From Planctomycetota bacterium (GTDB lineage: Bacteria > Planctomycetota > UBA1135 > UBA2386), in the NCBI GenBank assembly GCA_965223545.1, contig OZ245006.1:2528001-2592000 (forward strand): a stretch of DNA of 64,000 bases, read 5' to 3'. Below, piece after piece: positions 1 through 9,718 of the stretch (positions within the stretch are counted from its first letter, which is position 1; every line of letters starts with the position of its first letter). The notes below the pieces were generated by a model. It was not told the DNA's origin. It worked only from the letters and a program-made list of their open reading frames with translations, and searched no databases. The translations under genes were made by a program, and so were the position numbers.

Positions 1-2
1 AG

Positions 3-2255
3 CGCTAGGCCGTCCCGCACGTCTTCCTGCGGCACGACCACGATGCGCGCGCCGACTACCATCGGTGTGAACAGCTCGAGCGCCGAGATGTCGAAGGCGA
101 TCGAGGCCAGCGCCAGCATCGCGTCGTCCGGACCGAGCCCCGGCTGGCCCGCGATCGAACACACCAAGTTGACCAGGGCGCGCTGCGGGATCTCCACTCC
201 CTTGGGTACACCGGTGGAACCCGACGTGTACAGCAGGTAGGCCAAGTCGAGCGGCCCACCGACCGGCTCGGGGTCGGCGATGGAGGCCTCGGCCAACAGC
301 TCGCGGTCGCTGTCCAGCAACAGCGGCGCCGACACGATGTCGCCGCGCTCGGCGTAGCGCTCGGCGGTCGTGACCAACAGTTCCACCTCGGCGTCGGCCA
401 GCATGGTCTGCACGCGGGCGACCGGGTAGCCGGGATCGATCGGCACGTAGACCGCACCCGACTTCAGCACACCGAACAAGGCGACGACCATGTCGACCGA
501 GCGCGGCACTTCGATGCCGACTCTGACGTCGGGCCCGGCACCACGGGCACGCAGTACGTGCGCGATCCGGTTGGCGCGTTCGTTGAGCTCGCGGTAGGTC
601 AACGCCTCGTCGCCGCATTGGACGGCGATCCTCTCGCCGTGCTCACGCACGGTCCGCTCGAACAGCTGCGGGACGCGCAGATCGCGGGGGTAATCGCGCT
701 GCGAACGGTTGAGTTCCACGAGCAATCGCTGGTGCTCTTCCGGCAACAGCACCGGCAACGCCCAGATGTCGGCGTCTGGGTCGGCAACCACGGCGTCGAC
801 CAGCAGCTGCAGCCGGCGCAGCATGCGCGCGGCGGTCCCGGCTTCGAACAGCGAAGCGTCATACTCGAGCACCAACTCGACGTCGGCGTCGCCGAGGACG
901 GTCAACTCCAAATCCAACCGGGTCGCGACCTGCTGCGGCTGCAGCGGCTCGACCTCGACGCCGGCGAACTGCAACGGCTCGGCGTCGGCCAGCACGTTGC
1001 ACATCACCTGAAACAGCGGGTTGCGGCCGAGATCGCGCTCCGGCCGCAGCTCGAGCACCAGCTGCTCGAACGGCTGCGCACCGTGCTCGAGTGCCGCCAC
1101 GGTCGCGTCGCGCACGCGGCGCAGCACCTCGCGAAACGAGACCGCACCGCCGAGCCCGACCCGGACCACGACCGTGTTGACGAACAGGCCGACCAGGGCC
1201 TCGAGCTCGACGGTCTCGCGGTTGGATACCGGCACACCGACGACGACCTCGTCCTGGCTGCTGGTCCGCGCGAGCAGCACGTCGAACGCCGCCAGCACGG
1301 TCATGAACCAGGTACACCCCTCGCCGCGGCCCAGCGCGCGCAGCCCGTCGCTGGCAGAACGCGACAGCGAGTGGGTCGCCCGCCCACCGCGGAACTGCTG
1401 CACCTCCGGCCGCGGCCGATCGGTCGGCAGCTCGAGGGTCGGCAACGCGTCGAGGGTCTTCCGCCAGAATTCGAGCAGCCGATCCCGTTCAGTGCCGTAG
1501 CGGGAGCGCTGCCAGTGGGCGTAGTCCCCGTACTGGACCGCGAGCGCCGGCAGCGGCGACGCCTCGGCACCGCCGCGCCGCGCTTCGTAGAGCTGCGACA
1601 GCTCGGTGACGAGGATCGACCACGACACCCGGTCGATGGCAACGTGGTGGACGACGACGACGAGGACGTGATCGTCGGCACCGATGCGCAGCAGGTGGGC
1701 CCGCGCGACGGGTCCTTCTGCCAGGTCGATGGGAATCGCGCCGAGCTCCTCGAACCGCTGCATCGCCGCCGATTCCGGCTCGGCCTCGCGGGCGAGATCC
1801 TCGACCGCCAGCGGCGGCAACGCCGCGTCCGCGACCTGCGTCGGCTCGCCATCCACCATCGAGAAGCGAGTCCGCAACACGTTGTGGCGCTGCAGCACCT
1901 GCTCGATCGCCCACTCGACCGCTGCGACCTCGAGCGGACCTCGCAACCGAAGCGCCAGCGTCTTGTTGAGAGCCGCGCCGTCGGTCTCGAGCTCCGCCAA
2001 GAACCACAGCCGCTCCTGCGCGAACGAGAGCGGCAGGCGCGTCCCGGCCGGAACCGGCGCCAGCGGGGCAACCGCCGGCTCGTCCTCGCCCAGCAGCTCG
2101 TTCAAGAAGGCGACCACCCCGGGCTCGGCGGCGCGCAACTGGGCCCGCAGCTCGTCCGAGACCAGCTCCTCGGGCTCGTAGCACAGGCGCCCCGCCTCGA
2201 CCCACGCGTCGACGCCGAGTTCCTGCAGCCGCATCACCAGTTCGGTCGGAGTCAC
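3..2255 (-). CDS. Non-ribosomal peptide synthetase (TubC-like N-terminal docking domain, C domain, A domain); runs off the left edge
   Basis: Not in ORF track (no stop in window). Manual translation from GTG 2255 (GGGGGA RBS): MTPTELVMRLQELGVDAWVEAGRLCYE; PLSFAQERLWFL; HHVAIDRVS; LTYRELNERANRIAHVL; YTSGSTGVPKG; FDIS. Confidence 0.95.
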   Translation of the reverse strand, partial: MTPTELVMRLQELGVDAWVEAGRLCYEPEELVSDELRAQLRAAEPGVVAFLNELLGEDEPAVAPLAPVPAGTRLPLSFAQERLWFLAELETDGAALNKTLALRLRGPLEVAAVEWAIEQVLQRHNVLRTRFSMVDGEPTQVADAALPPLAVEDLAREAEPESAAMQRFEELGAIPIDLAEGPVARAHLLRIGADDHVLVVVVHHVAIDRVSWSILVTELSQLYEARRGGAEASPLPALAVQYGDYAHWQRSRYGTERDRLLEFWRKTLDALPTLELPTDRPRPEVQQFRGGRATHSLSRSASDGLRALGRGEGCTWFMTVLAAFDVLLARTSSQDEVVVGVPVSNRETVELEALVGLFVNTVVVRVGLGGAVSFREVLRRVRDATVAALEHGAQPFEQLVLELRPERDLGRNPLFQVMCNVLADAEPLQFAGVEVEPLQPQQVATRLDLELTVLGDADVELVLEYDASLFEAGTAARMLRRLQLLVDAVVADPDADIWALPVLLPEEHQRLLVELNRSQRDYPRDLRVPQLFERTVREHGERIAVQCGDEALTYRELNERANRIAHVLRARGAGPDVRVGIEVPRSVDMVVALFGVLKSGAVYVPIDPGYPVARVQTMLADAEVELLVTTAERYAERGDIVSAPLLLDSDRELLAEASIADPEPVGGPLDLAYLLYTSGSTGVPKGVEIPQRALVNLVCSIAGQPGLGPDDAMLALASIAFDISALELFTPMVVGARIVVVPQEDVRDGLA

Positions 2256-2403
2256 CGGTCCCCCCGCGTGGGCAGAGGTCGGGCGCGCGCAGCAAGAAGA
2301 ACCATGGTCGGGATCGGAACCGCGAGGAGGAGGTCCCGAGAAGATTACCGCGCCAGGGGCGCTTTCCGACCCTGCCTTGCCAGCAGACGCACCGTCCTAA
2401 CGC

Positions 2404-4779
2404 TCAGGACTGCGTCAGCACCGGCGGCGCCGACTTGGCGAGAAACAAGACCGCCATGGCAGCGCGCTCGAGGGGCTCGCCGCCGTGCAGATCGGGCGCG
2501 AAGCTGCCGTCCGCCTGTTGCCACTCGAGCAGCATCGCGGCGCCCTCGCGATACCAATCCCGGCCCTGGATCCCCGCCACGCGGTTGAGCTCGCAGGCCC
2601 GCTCGAGCGCGTAGAGGTAGTAGTACTGATGGACGAAGGTGCGCGCCACCCAGCCCGGATTCGTGCGCACGCTGAAGTTGGCGGCAACCCAGGCGAACCC
2701 CGCGTCGAGTGCCTTTTGCACTTCCCGGTAGGTGCGCGCACCGAGTCCGCGGGCGCCCAGCACGGACTTGCACAGCGCCAAGCTGGTCAGACTCGCCGAG
2801 GTGGTGGCGCCGTAGACCGGTGCCACCAGCCCGTCCACCCCCTTCCACTCGCGGTACGCCCAGCCCGCGATTCCCACCGCGCGCGCGCGCGCCGGTTTGC
2901 CGCCGCCCGCGGACTGCAGCGAGAGTTTGATCTTCGCCGCGGACTCCGCTTGGCGGTCGAGCACGTAGCGCGCCGCGGCCCGCCACTTCGCCTCCGGCGT
3001 GCGCACGCCACACAGATGGGCAGAGTAGAGCCCGAGCAGACCGTACTGATGCACCGAGAGGTCCGAGCGCGCGCCGCGCACGTAGTTGAAGCGCAGCTCG
3101 CGATCGGCGTCGGCCCGGGTGTCGACGTTCTGCAGCAGAGCAGCGACCCACCGCTCGATCGCGGCCCGGTCCTCGGCGGACGGCTGCCGCTCGCGCGGAC
3201 CGGCCAACAAACCGCTGAGCAAGTCATCGCGCTCGGTCGGCGGTGCGTAGTAGGCCTCGATCGCCATGATCGCGCTGGCCAGGGAGTAGGTATCGACCAG
3301 CTGGCGACGGCGCAAGGCGGCGAACCCGCGCTGCACAGCGGGATTCTCGTGGTGTCCCGTGCGCACCAGCGCCAACAACGCCAAGGCCAGTCGCCCGCTG
3401 GCGTAGCTGCGCTGCTCGACGACGGCGTCGCCGATGGGTTTGGCGTCGAGCTCATCGATCTGCGACAGCAGGTAGTCGGCACCGCGCCGCAGGGCGTCGC
3501 CGACCGCGACGCGAAAGTCCGCGTCGCGGATCGCCCGCTCGGCCTTGGCCTGCCAGGTCTCCACCATCGATAGCGAGACCGTAGTGTCCGCCGGGGCTTC
3601 GATCGCACACTGGAGCCGGACGCGAAACCAGCTCACCCGCCCGGAGTCCGCGTCGAAACCTCGCCGAATCACCGCGTGCCCGCGCACAGAGTGATCGCAG
3701 TGTGGCAACACGTTGCGCGCGAAAGACCGCCGGTCCTGGCGCGCCGCGTCCGGCGCGGTGCTCTCGAGCTCGAGTCGCAGCAGCTGCTCGCCATGCCGAT
3801 CGAGTGCCTCGGCCGAACCCACGACCCGCAGATCGCCGATGCGGGGCAGGCGCGGCAGCACTTCTGCAATCGAGTGTGCCCGCCCCGCGCGGTGCAGCGA
3901 CAGAGCGAAGTGCGCGGCGACGTCGCGCAGATCCGCTGGCGGCCGGGCCCACCGCCGCTGCTTGGCATCGAGCTCGGCGCCGAACAGCACTGCGGGCGCA
4001 CGCGTTCCGGTGAAGAGGGCGCGCTGCACGCCGCGGCCCGCGTCGTCGGCGGCAGTCGCGAGCGCAGCATAGGTGGCGTGGTCGTCCATCTCATGGCGCA
4101 ACAACAACAGACCGGCGTCGGCGAAACGGTCTCCGCCGCGATCCGTGCAATGCACGGCCAGTACGTTCTGGGCGCGGACGGCATCGAGCGCAGCCCGCGG
4201 CAGGACCACGTGTTGGTAGCCGCGAGCTCCTTCCTCGGCGAACACCTGCGTTCCATTGAGATAGACCGTGACGTCGTCGTCGTGCCGCACGGTCAGCACG
4301 GCCGCTGCGGGCCTGGCGTCCGTCCAGTCGAACGTCGTGCGCAAACAAATGCGCGCCGCCGTCCACTCCGACCGCGCCGGGCCGCCGAGCACGCCACCGA
4401 ACCCGCCGTTGCTCGCAGACCACTGCCGGTCATCGAACTCGGGCTGGGTCCAGCCCGCGGGTGGCTCGCCGTCGCCCTGCCAGCTGCGCCACCGCGCGCC
4501 GCCCTGCGCCGCGCTGATCACCACCCGCTCGCCGAAGTCCGCGGCGGGCCGCCCGGCGCGGACCGAGAAGTCCTGCAGCTGACGGTCGAACTCGATCATC
4601 CGATCCGCCGCCAGCTGCCAGGAGCCCGCCGGTGCCTGCGCGGGCACGCTGGCCAGGCCGACCGCACCGCCGATCAGGAGGACAAGCGCCCGCCATGTTG
4701 TCGGAGCAGTCGCGACGATCTCGTTGCGGCTGGTCCCAACCCCATTCGCAACGGTGGCTTGCGGCCGACGGAGACACAT
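2404..4779 (-). CDS. Secreted multidomain protein: galactose-binding-like jelly roll plus prenyltransferase/squalene-cyclase-like alpha-alpha toroid
   Basis: Signal-like [28 protein letters not shown]...[50 protein letters not shown]; start uncertain. Confidence 0.7.
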   Translation of the reverse strand: MCLRRPQATVANGVGTSRNEIVATAPTTWRALVLLIGGAVGLASVPAQAPAGSWQLAADRMIEFDRQLQDFSVRAGRPAADFGERVVISAAQGGARWRSWQGDGEPPAGWTQPEFDDRQWSASNGGFGGVLGGPARSEWTAARICLRTTFDWTDARPAAAVLTVRHDDDVTVYLNGTQVFAEEGARGYQHVVLPRAALDAVRAQNVLAVHCTDRGGDRFADAGLLLLRHEMDDHATYAALATAADDAGRGVQRALFTGTRAPAVLFGAELDAKQRRWARPPADLRDVAAHFALSLHRAGRAHSIAEVLPRLPRIGDLRVVGSAEALDRHGEQLLRLELESTAPDAARQDRRSFARNVLPHCDHSVRGHAVIRRGFDADSGRVSWFRVRLQCAIEAPADTTVSLSMVETWQAKAERAIRDADFRVAVGDALRRGADYLLSQIDELDAKPIGDAVVEQRSYASGRLALALLALVRTGHHENPAVQRGFAALRRRQLVDTYSLASAIMAIEAYYAPPTERDDLLSGLLAGPRERQPSAEDRAAIERWVAALLQNVDTRADADRELRFNYVRGARSDLSVHQYGLLGLYSAHLCGVRTPEAKWRAAARYVLDRQAESAAKIKLSLQSAGGGKPARARAVGIAGWAYREWKGVDGLVAPVYGATTSASLTSLALCKSVLGARGLGARTYREVQKALDAGFAWVAANFSVRTNPGWVARTFVHQYYYLYALERACELNRVAGIQGRDWYREGAAMLLEWQQADGSFAPDLHGGEPLERAAMAVLFLAKSAPPVLTQS

Positions 4780-4923
4780 GGGCGCAGACCGGGAACGATG
4801 CGAATGGTCAAACACGAACAGCCTACCATCCGCGCCGCGCGGAGGCCGGCACGCCCCTGCCAACGGCGTTTGCGGTCGATGCCCGCTCTGGCCGCCCGCT
4901 GCCACGGCGCTACGCTGTCGGCG

Positions 4924-5850
4924 ATGAGCTGGAACGTCGATCGGCGCGGGTTCCTGTCCTCCTCGCTCGTAGGACTCGGCGCTGCGGCCGCGCTGCGCGG
5001 CCAGCCGGCGCGGGGCCGAGAGCCAGCCGCTGCGCGGTTCAAGTGGTCGCTGGCGCAGTGGTCGTTGCACCGCCGGTTTCGCGGTCAGCAGCAACCGCGC
5101 ATCGATCCGCTGCACTTCGCCGCCACTGCGCATCGGCTCGGTTTCACCGGCGTCGAGTACGTCAACCAGTTCTTCGCCGACAAGGCCCGCGACCGGGCCT
5201 ACCTCGACGAGCTGGCACGCCGCGCCGAGGACGTCGGCGTGCAGAGTGTGTTGATCATGTGCGACGGCGAGGGCGCGCTCGGTGACCCGGATGAAGCCGC
5301 GCGCGCGCGCGCGATCCAGAACCACCACAAGTGGGTCGACGCCGCACGCCACCTCGGCTGCCACTCGATCCGGGTGAACGCACACAGCAGCGGTTCGACC
5401 GAGGAGCAGATGAAACTGGCTGCCGACGGTCTACGCCGGCTCACCGAGTACGCCGACGGCCAGGAGATCAACGTCCTGGTCGAAAATCACGGTGGACTGT
5501 CCTCGGACGGCGCCTGGCTGGCGGGCGTCATGCGACGCGTCGAACATCCCCGCTGCGGCACCCTACCGGACTTCGGCAACTTCCGTATCGGCAAGGACCG
5601 GGAGTACGACCGCTACCGCGGCGTCGCCGAGCTGATGCCGTTTGCCAAAGCGGTGAGCGCCAAGAGCCACGACTTCGATGCCGACGGCAACGAGGTGCAC
5701 ACCGACTATCGCAAGATGATGAAGATCGTCACCGACGCCGGCTACACCGGCTGGGTCGGCGTCGAGTACGAGGGCGGCGGCCTGACCGAAGAGCAGGGCA
5801 TCGTCGCCACCCTCCGCCTCCTCCAGCGGGTGACCGACCAGGCCGATTGA
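4924..5850 (+). CDS. Tat-exported sugar phosphate isomerase/epimerase (xylose isomerase-like TIM barrel)
   Basis: DRRGFL twin-arginine signal; [35 protein letters not shown] motifs. Confidence 0.9.
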   Translation: MSWNVDRRGFLSSSLVGLGAAAALRGQPARGREPAAARFKWSLAQWSLHRRFRGQQQPRIDPLHFAATAHRLGFTGVEYVNQFFADKARDRAYLDELARRAEDVGVQSVLIMCDGEGALGDPDEAARARAIQNHHKWVDAARHLGCHSIRVNAHSSGSTEEQMKLAADGLRRLTEYADGQEINVLVENHGGLSSDGAWLAGVMRRVEHPRCGTLPDFGNFRIGKDREYDRYRGVAELMPFAKAVSAKSHDFDADGNEVHTDYRKMMKIVTDAGYTGWVGVEYEGGGLTEEQGIVATLRLLQRVTDQAD

Positions 5851-5855
5851 GTCGC

Positions 5856-6356
5856 GTGGCCACCTCCGATACCTGGGCGCGCTGGGTCGACCGGTTGGCC
5901 GATCTGCCGCGCAGCAAGTGGCTGCCGGTGCCGATCATCCTCGTGCTGGCGATCGCGCTGCTGTTCGGCCGCTCCGCCGAAGCGCGCCGCGAGAGCTACG
6001 GCCGCGATGCGATCTTGGCAGCGATTCGGTTCGTCGAGAGCAGCGACCGCCCCAACCCTCCCGATGGCGACGGGGGTCGGGCAATCGGCCCGTACCAGAT
6101 CCACAACGTGTACTGGCGCGACGCGATCGAGCACGACCCGACGCTGGGCGGCACCTACCAGGACTGTCGCGACCGCGGCTACGCCGAACGCGTCATCGAC
6201 GCATACATGCGGCGCTGGGCAGCGGAGGCCTGGCGGGACGGCGACGCCGAGACCGTCGCCCGCGTGCACAACGGTGGACCGACGGGCGCGCAGAAGACCG
6301 CGACCGACGGCTACTGGGAGCGGGTGCTGGCTCGACTGACGGCGGCCGCGCCGTAG
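5856..6356 (+). CDS. Membrane-anchored lysozyme-fold protein resembling invertebrate-type lysozyme/destabilase
   Basis: N-terminal TM helix; AIRFVES, GPYQIHNVYWRDA, ARVHNGGP motifs; alternative TTG start at 5847. Confidence 0.75.
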   Translation: MATSDTWARWVDRLADLPRSKWLPVPIILVLAIALLFGRSAEARRESYGRDAILAAIRFVESSDRPNPPDGDGGRAIGPYQIHNVYWRDAIEHDPTLGGTYQDCRDRGYAERVIDAYMRRWAAEAWRDGDAETVARVHNGGPTGAQKTATDGYWERVLARLTAAAP

Positions 6357-6430
6357 CCGCAGACCTGCCGGGGCCAGGGGCTTGCGGAAGCACCCCGACA
6401 CCTACAATGGGGTCTGAAGGAGTAACCACT

Positions 6431-7756
6431 TTGCCGCAAGCATCCGCTCGACGCCGCACCACCTGGACACTCTTCACCATCGCCATCGCGGCGACCACCG
6501 GCCTGCGCAGCCAGAGCTGCGGCTCCGGACCACCGACGACCCTGGGACAGGTCACCGTCGTCAGCCAAGGCAACACCCTGCCGAGCCCGCTGCCCAACAC
6601 CACCTTCGATGTGCTGCGCATCGACTGCGCCGGGCTCCCACCGATCGGACTTGCGCTGCAGATCAGTGAGCCGCCGGCTGGCGTTCCAGTGCGCGGCACC
6701 ATCGTGTTCTGCTCCGGCGGCGCTGGTGTCGTGTTCTACAGCTCGGAGCAGAACGGGATCCCGTTGTTCCAGAGGTTGTTGGCGCACGGCTTCCGCCTGG
6801 TCGACCGGTTGTGGGCGCCCGGGTGGTTCATGGACACGATGAGCATCCGCAAGCAATCGTGCCGCTTCGCCACCGCGCTGCAGTGGATCCACGACCAGTA
6901 CCACACCACCGGCGTCTTCGGCGCCTTCGGACAATCCGGTGGAGCCGCCGAGCTCGGCTACGCGATGACCACATGGAATGCCCCAGACCTGCTCGACCTG
7001 GCGGTGTTCTCGGGTGGGCCACCGATGTGCCGCTTCGATCTGCAGTGCCCCGACCCGCCCCCGGCGGCTTGGTTGCAGCAATGCACGTCGCTGATCCCGG
7101 CGCACGTGTTCGAGTGCGGCCAGCCCGCTTGTGTGCGGATCCGGGCGTTCAACCTGTGCGACAAGTGCGGCCCCGGCGCCACGGCGGCCGAGCTGCGCGC
7201 GCAAAGTGTGCTGCACACCAACGCCGTCACCCACTACCCCAATACGCGGACCCACTTGTTGATCGGCACGCAGGACTGCTTCGACGGGGTGCCGTCGGGG
7301 ATGCTGTACTACAACGCGGTCACCTCCGAGAAGGTGCTGGAGTTCGTGCCCCGATCACCGCACTTGATCTTGTTCACGCAGCCCGGACAAGACGCGATCG
7401 TCCGCGCTCTGTTGGCCGGCGCGGCCTCGCGGCCGGGTCCGGCCACGCTGGGGTTCCGCGCGTGGCCGAGCATCGGCGCCGAAGCGGTGCTCGATCTGCA
7501 CGGCCCCAACAACCAACCGTGGGCGGTGATCTCGTCGCTCGGCACCTCGCTGACCCCGATTCCCGCATTCGGCTGGCTCGAGCTCGCGGTGCCGATGTTC
7601 GTCCGCGGCCAAGGCACACTCGACGCGACCAGCGGGCGCGACACCCTGCGCCTGCCGATGCCGCCCAACCCGGCCCTGATCGGTCTGGATCTGTACCTAC
7701 AGGGGCTGGTGGGAACGTGGCTGACCAACCGCATTTGGATGCGGGTCGTGCCGTAG
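6431..7756 (+). CDS. Secreted alpha/beta-hydrolase-fold protein with recurring C-terminal domain
   Basis: AAGGAG RBS before TTG 6431; GQSGG nucleophile elbow; C-terminus LPMPPNPALIGLDLYLQG. Confidence 0.75.
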   Translation: MPQASARRRTTWTLFTIAIAATTGLRSQSCGSGPPTTLGQVTVVSQGNTLPSPLPNTTFDVLRIDCAGLPPIGLALQISEPPAGVPVRGTIVFCSGGAGVVFYSSEQNGIPLFQRLLAHGFRLVDRLWAPGWFMDTMSIRKQSCRFATALQWIHDQYHTTGVFGAFGQSGGAAELGYAMTTWNAPDLLDLAVFSGGPPMCRFDLQCPDPPPAAWLQQCTSLIPAHVFECGQPACVRIRAFNLCDKCGPGATAAELRAQSVLHTNAVTHYPNTRTHLLIGTQDCFDGVPSGMLYYNAVTSEKVLEFVPRSPHLILFTQPGQDAIVRALLAGAASRPGPATLGFRAWPSIGAEAVLDLHGPNNQPWAVISSLGTSLTPIPAFGWLELAVPMFVRGQGTLDATSGRDTLRLPMPPNPALIGLDLYLQGLVGTWLTNRIWMRVVP

Positions 7757-7784
7757 CTGGACGATCCGAAGGCGCCGCGGATTG

Positions 7785-7820
7785 GCGAATCGAGCGAATC
7801 GAGCGAATCGGCTGAATCGC
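7785..7820 (+). repeat. 9-bp tandem repeat (GCGAATCGA-type, four imperfect copies)
   Basis: gcgaatcga gcgaatcga gcgaatcgg ctgaatcgc, just upstream of an ECF sigma gene. Confidence 0.8.
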
Positions 7821-7847
7821 TTCTCGCCGCTCGGGGGATCTCCACCC

Positions 7848-8384
7848 GTGAGCCCAACTTCGGCACCGCTCGCCGCCGACCACACCGACCACGACACGAT
7901 CTCCGCGCTGGTGCAGACCCACCAACGCGGGCTGTGGCGCTATCTGCGCAGCCTCGGTGCCGATCCCGCGCTGGCCGACGAAATCGCCGTAGATGCACTG
8001 GCAACCGCCTTCGAGCGGCGGATGCACGACGGCGAGGCCACCACCGGCCGGTTTCTGCGGGCCACCGCGCGCCACCTCTACCTGCGCCGGCGCCGGGACG
8101 CCGGCCGGCGTCTGCGGCTTCTGGCCGAGGCAGCGGACCGCCTCTGGGAGCGCGATTGCGCCAGCGACGGCGGCGAGGCCTATCTGACCGCCCTGCGTGC
8201 CTGTGTGGAGGCGTTGCCGCTCCGGGCGCGGCGTGCCGTGACCGCCTGCTACCGCGACGGCGCCGACCGCGGCGCGCTCGCCGCCGAGCTCGACCTGCAA
8301 CCCAACGGACTCAAGACCCTGTTACAGCGCACGCGCGCGCGTCTGCGCGCTTGCATCCAGCACCGTTTGTCGGAGCCGACATGA
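7848..8384 (+). CDS. ECF RNA polymerase sigma factor
   Basis: Region 2 (LVQTHQRGLWRYLRSLG...ADEIAVDAL) and region 4 (ALRACVEALP...LKTLLQRTRARLRACI). Confidence 0.9.
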   Translation: MSPTSAPLAADHTDHDTISALVQTHQRGLWRYLRSLGADPALADEIAVDALATAFERRMHDGEATTGRFLRATARHLYLRRRRDAGRRLRLLAEAADRLWERDCASDGGEAYLTALRACVEALPLRARRAVTACYRDGADRGALAAELDLQPNGLKTLLQRTRARLRACIQHRLSEPT

Positions 8385-9667
8385 GTACACCCCAGTCACG
8401 CGTCGAAGAGCAGCGCCTGGAATGGGCCCTCGCCGAGACCTTTGGCACGCAGACGCCACCCGATCTGACCGGCGCGGTCCGCCGCCGCCTCGCGGCGACA
8501 GCGAGCGAAGCCCGTCCACCCCATCGCAGCCGTGCCGCCGCCGCCGCGGTGTTGCTGCTCGGCGGCCTCGCGGTGGCCTACACGTGGGCTTCGAGACGCG
8601 CGCCCGAGTCCGTGGAGCCGGTCGCGGGTGAACGGGCGTCGGGCGACGCACAGGACCCGGTCGCGGCCCCGGAGTGGGTCACGGTCCGCAGCTTCGGCGA
8701 AATCGAAGACCTGCCCGCCGCAATCCAGTACGTCCGCGGCATCAACCTGAGCGACGCCGACATCGCCGCCCTGGCGGAGCGTGACCTGCGCGGACTGCGA
8801 CTCGAAGTGCGCTGGTACCGCGACCGCGACCGGCCGCTGCGGTTCGCGAGTGGGCGTGCCCTGGGGATCGTCGCACGCATGCACGGTCTGCGCGCACTCC
8901 ACCTGGACGGCCAGGCCAACCTCCAGTCGGCATCGCTGCGCGAGCTCGCCGCACTGCCGATGCTGCACGAGCTCGGCCTACAGCGCATCGACACCAGCGA
9001 CAGTCAGCTCGCGGCATTGGTCGAGTTCCCGTCGCTCGCGCGCGTCGACCTGACGCTCAACCACGGCTTTGGCGCAGACGGACTCCGCGCGGTGCTCGAC
9101 TGCCCCGGCCTGCGCTCGCTGTTGCTGCGCGGATGCAGCCAGCTCGACGGGGCCGCACTACAGGCCTTGACCCGCGCGCGCCACTTGCGAGAGCTCGACT
9201 TGGGTGACATCGGTCGCAGCTTTCGCGGCTTCATCGGCGAGCCGGGAGACGCCGCTCTGTACGCGCTTCAGCACGACGCGCGGCTGCCGACGACTTCACA
9301 GCCCTTGGCTTTCGAGGATCTGATCTTCGTCACCGAGTTGCCGGCGCTCGAGGTGATCGGCTTGGGCGGCACCGCGATCACCGACGACGACGTCCGCCGC
9401 TTGCGACAGTCGATGCCCGGTCTACGCGAAGTGCGCCTCGCCGATTGCGAGCGCATCACCGACGTCGCGGTCGCCGAGCTGCTGGCGCTCGAGCACTTGA
9501 CGACTCTCGACCTCTCCCGGTGCCCGGGAGTGTCCGCGTTCAGCATTCCGCTGCTGGCGCGCGCCGGGCCGCTGCGCACGCTGGTACTCGACGGCCACGA
9601 CTGGCTCACCGACGAACACCGCGCGCTGCTGAACACGCCGCACTCGCGCCTGGTCCCCGGCCGGTGA
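8381..9667 (+). CDS. Putative anti-sigma factor: TM helix plus extracytoplasmic leucine-rich repeats
   Basis: ATGA overlap with the sigma gene; TM AAAAVLLLGGLAVAYTWA; LRRs such as LRSLLLRGCSQL, LREVRLADCERITD, LTTLDLSRCPGVS. Confidence 0.8.
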   Translation: MSTPQSRVEEQRLEWALAETFGTQTPPDLTGAVRRRLAATASEARPPHRSRAAAAAVLLLGGLAVAYTWASRRAPESVEPVAGERASGDAQDPVAAPEWVTVRSFGEIEDLPAAIQYVRGINLSDADIAALAERDLRGLRLEVRWYRDRDRPLRFASGRALGIVARMHGLRALHLDGQANLQSASLRELAALPMLHELGLQRIDTSDSQLAALVEFPSLARVDLTLNHGFGADGLRAVLDCPGLRSLLLRGCSQLDGAALQALTRARHLRELDLGDIGRSFRGFIGEPGDAALYALQHDARLPTTSQPLAFEDLIFVTELPALEVIGLGGTAITDDDVRRLRQSMPGLREVRLADCERITDVAVAELLALEHLTTLDLSRCPGVSAFSIPLLARAGPLRTLVLDGHDWLTDEHRALLNTPHSRLVPGR

Positions 9668-9718
9668 TTGCGCCGACTGCGGCGCTTCGCTCGGTGGCTC
9701 GCGGTATCGTGCGCGGCC

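Noticed and set aside
558..2588. 676-aa plus-strand ORF
   Set aside because: Antisense shadow of the NRPS, which carries clear motifs on the minus strand; typical of high-GC DNA
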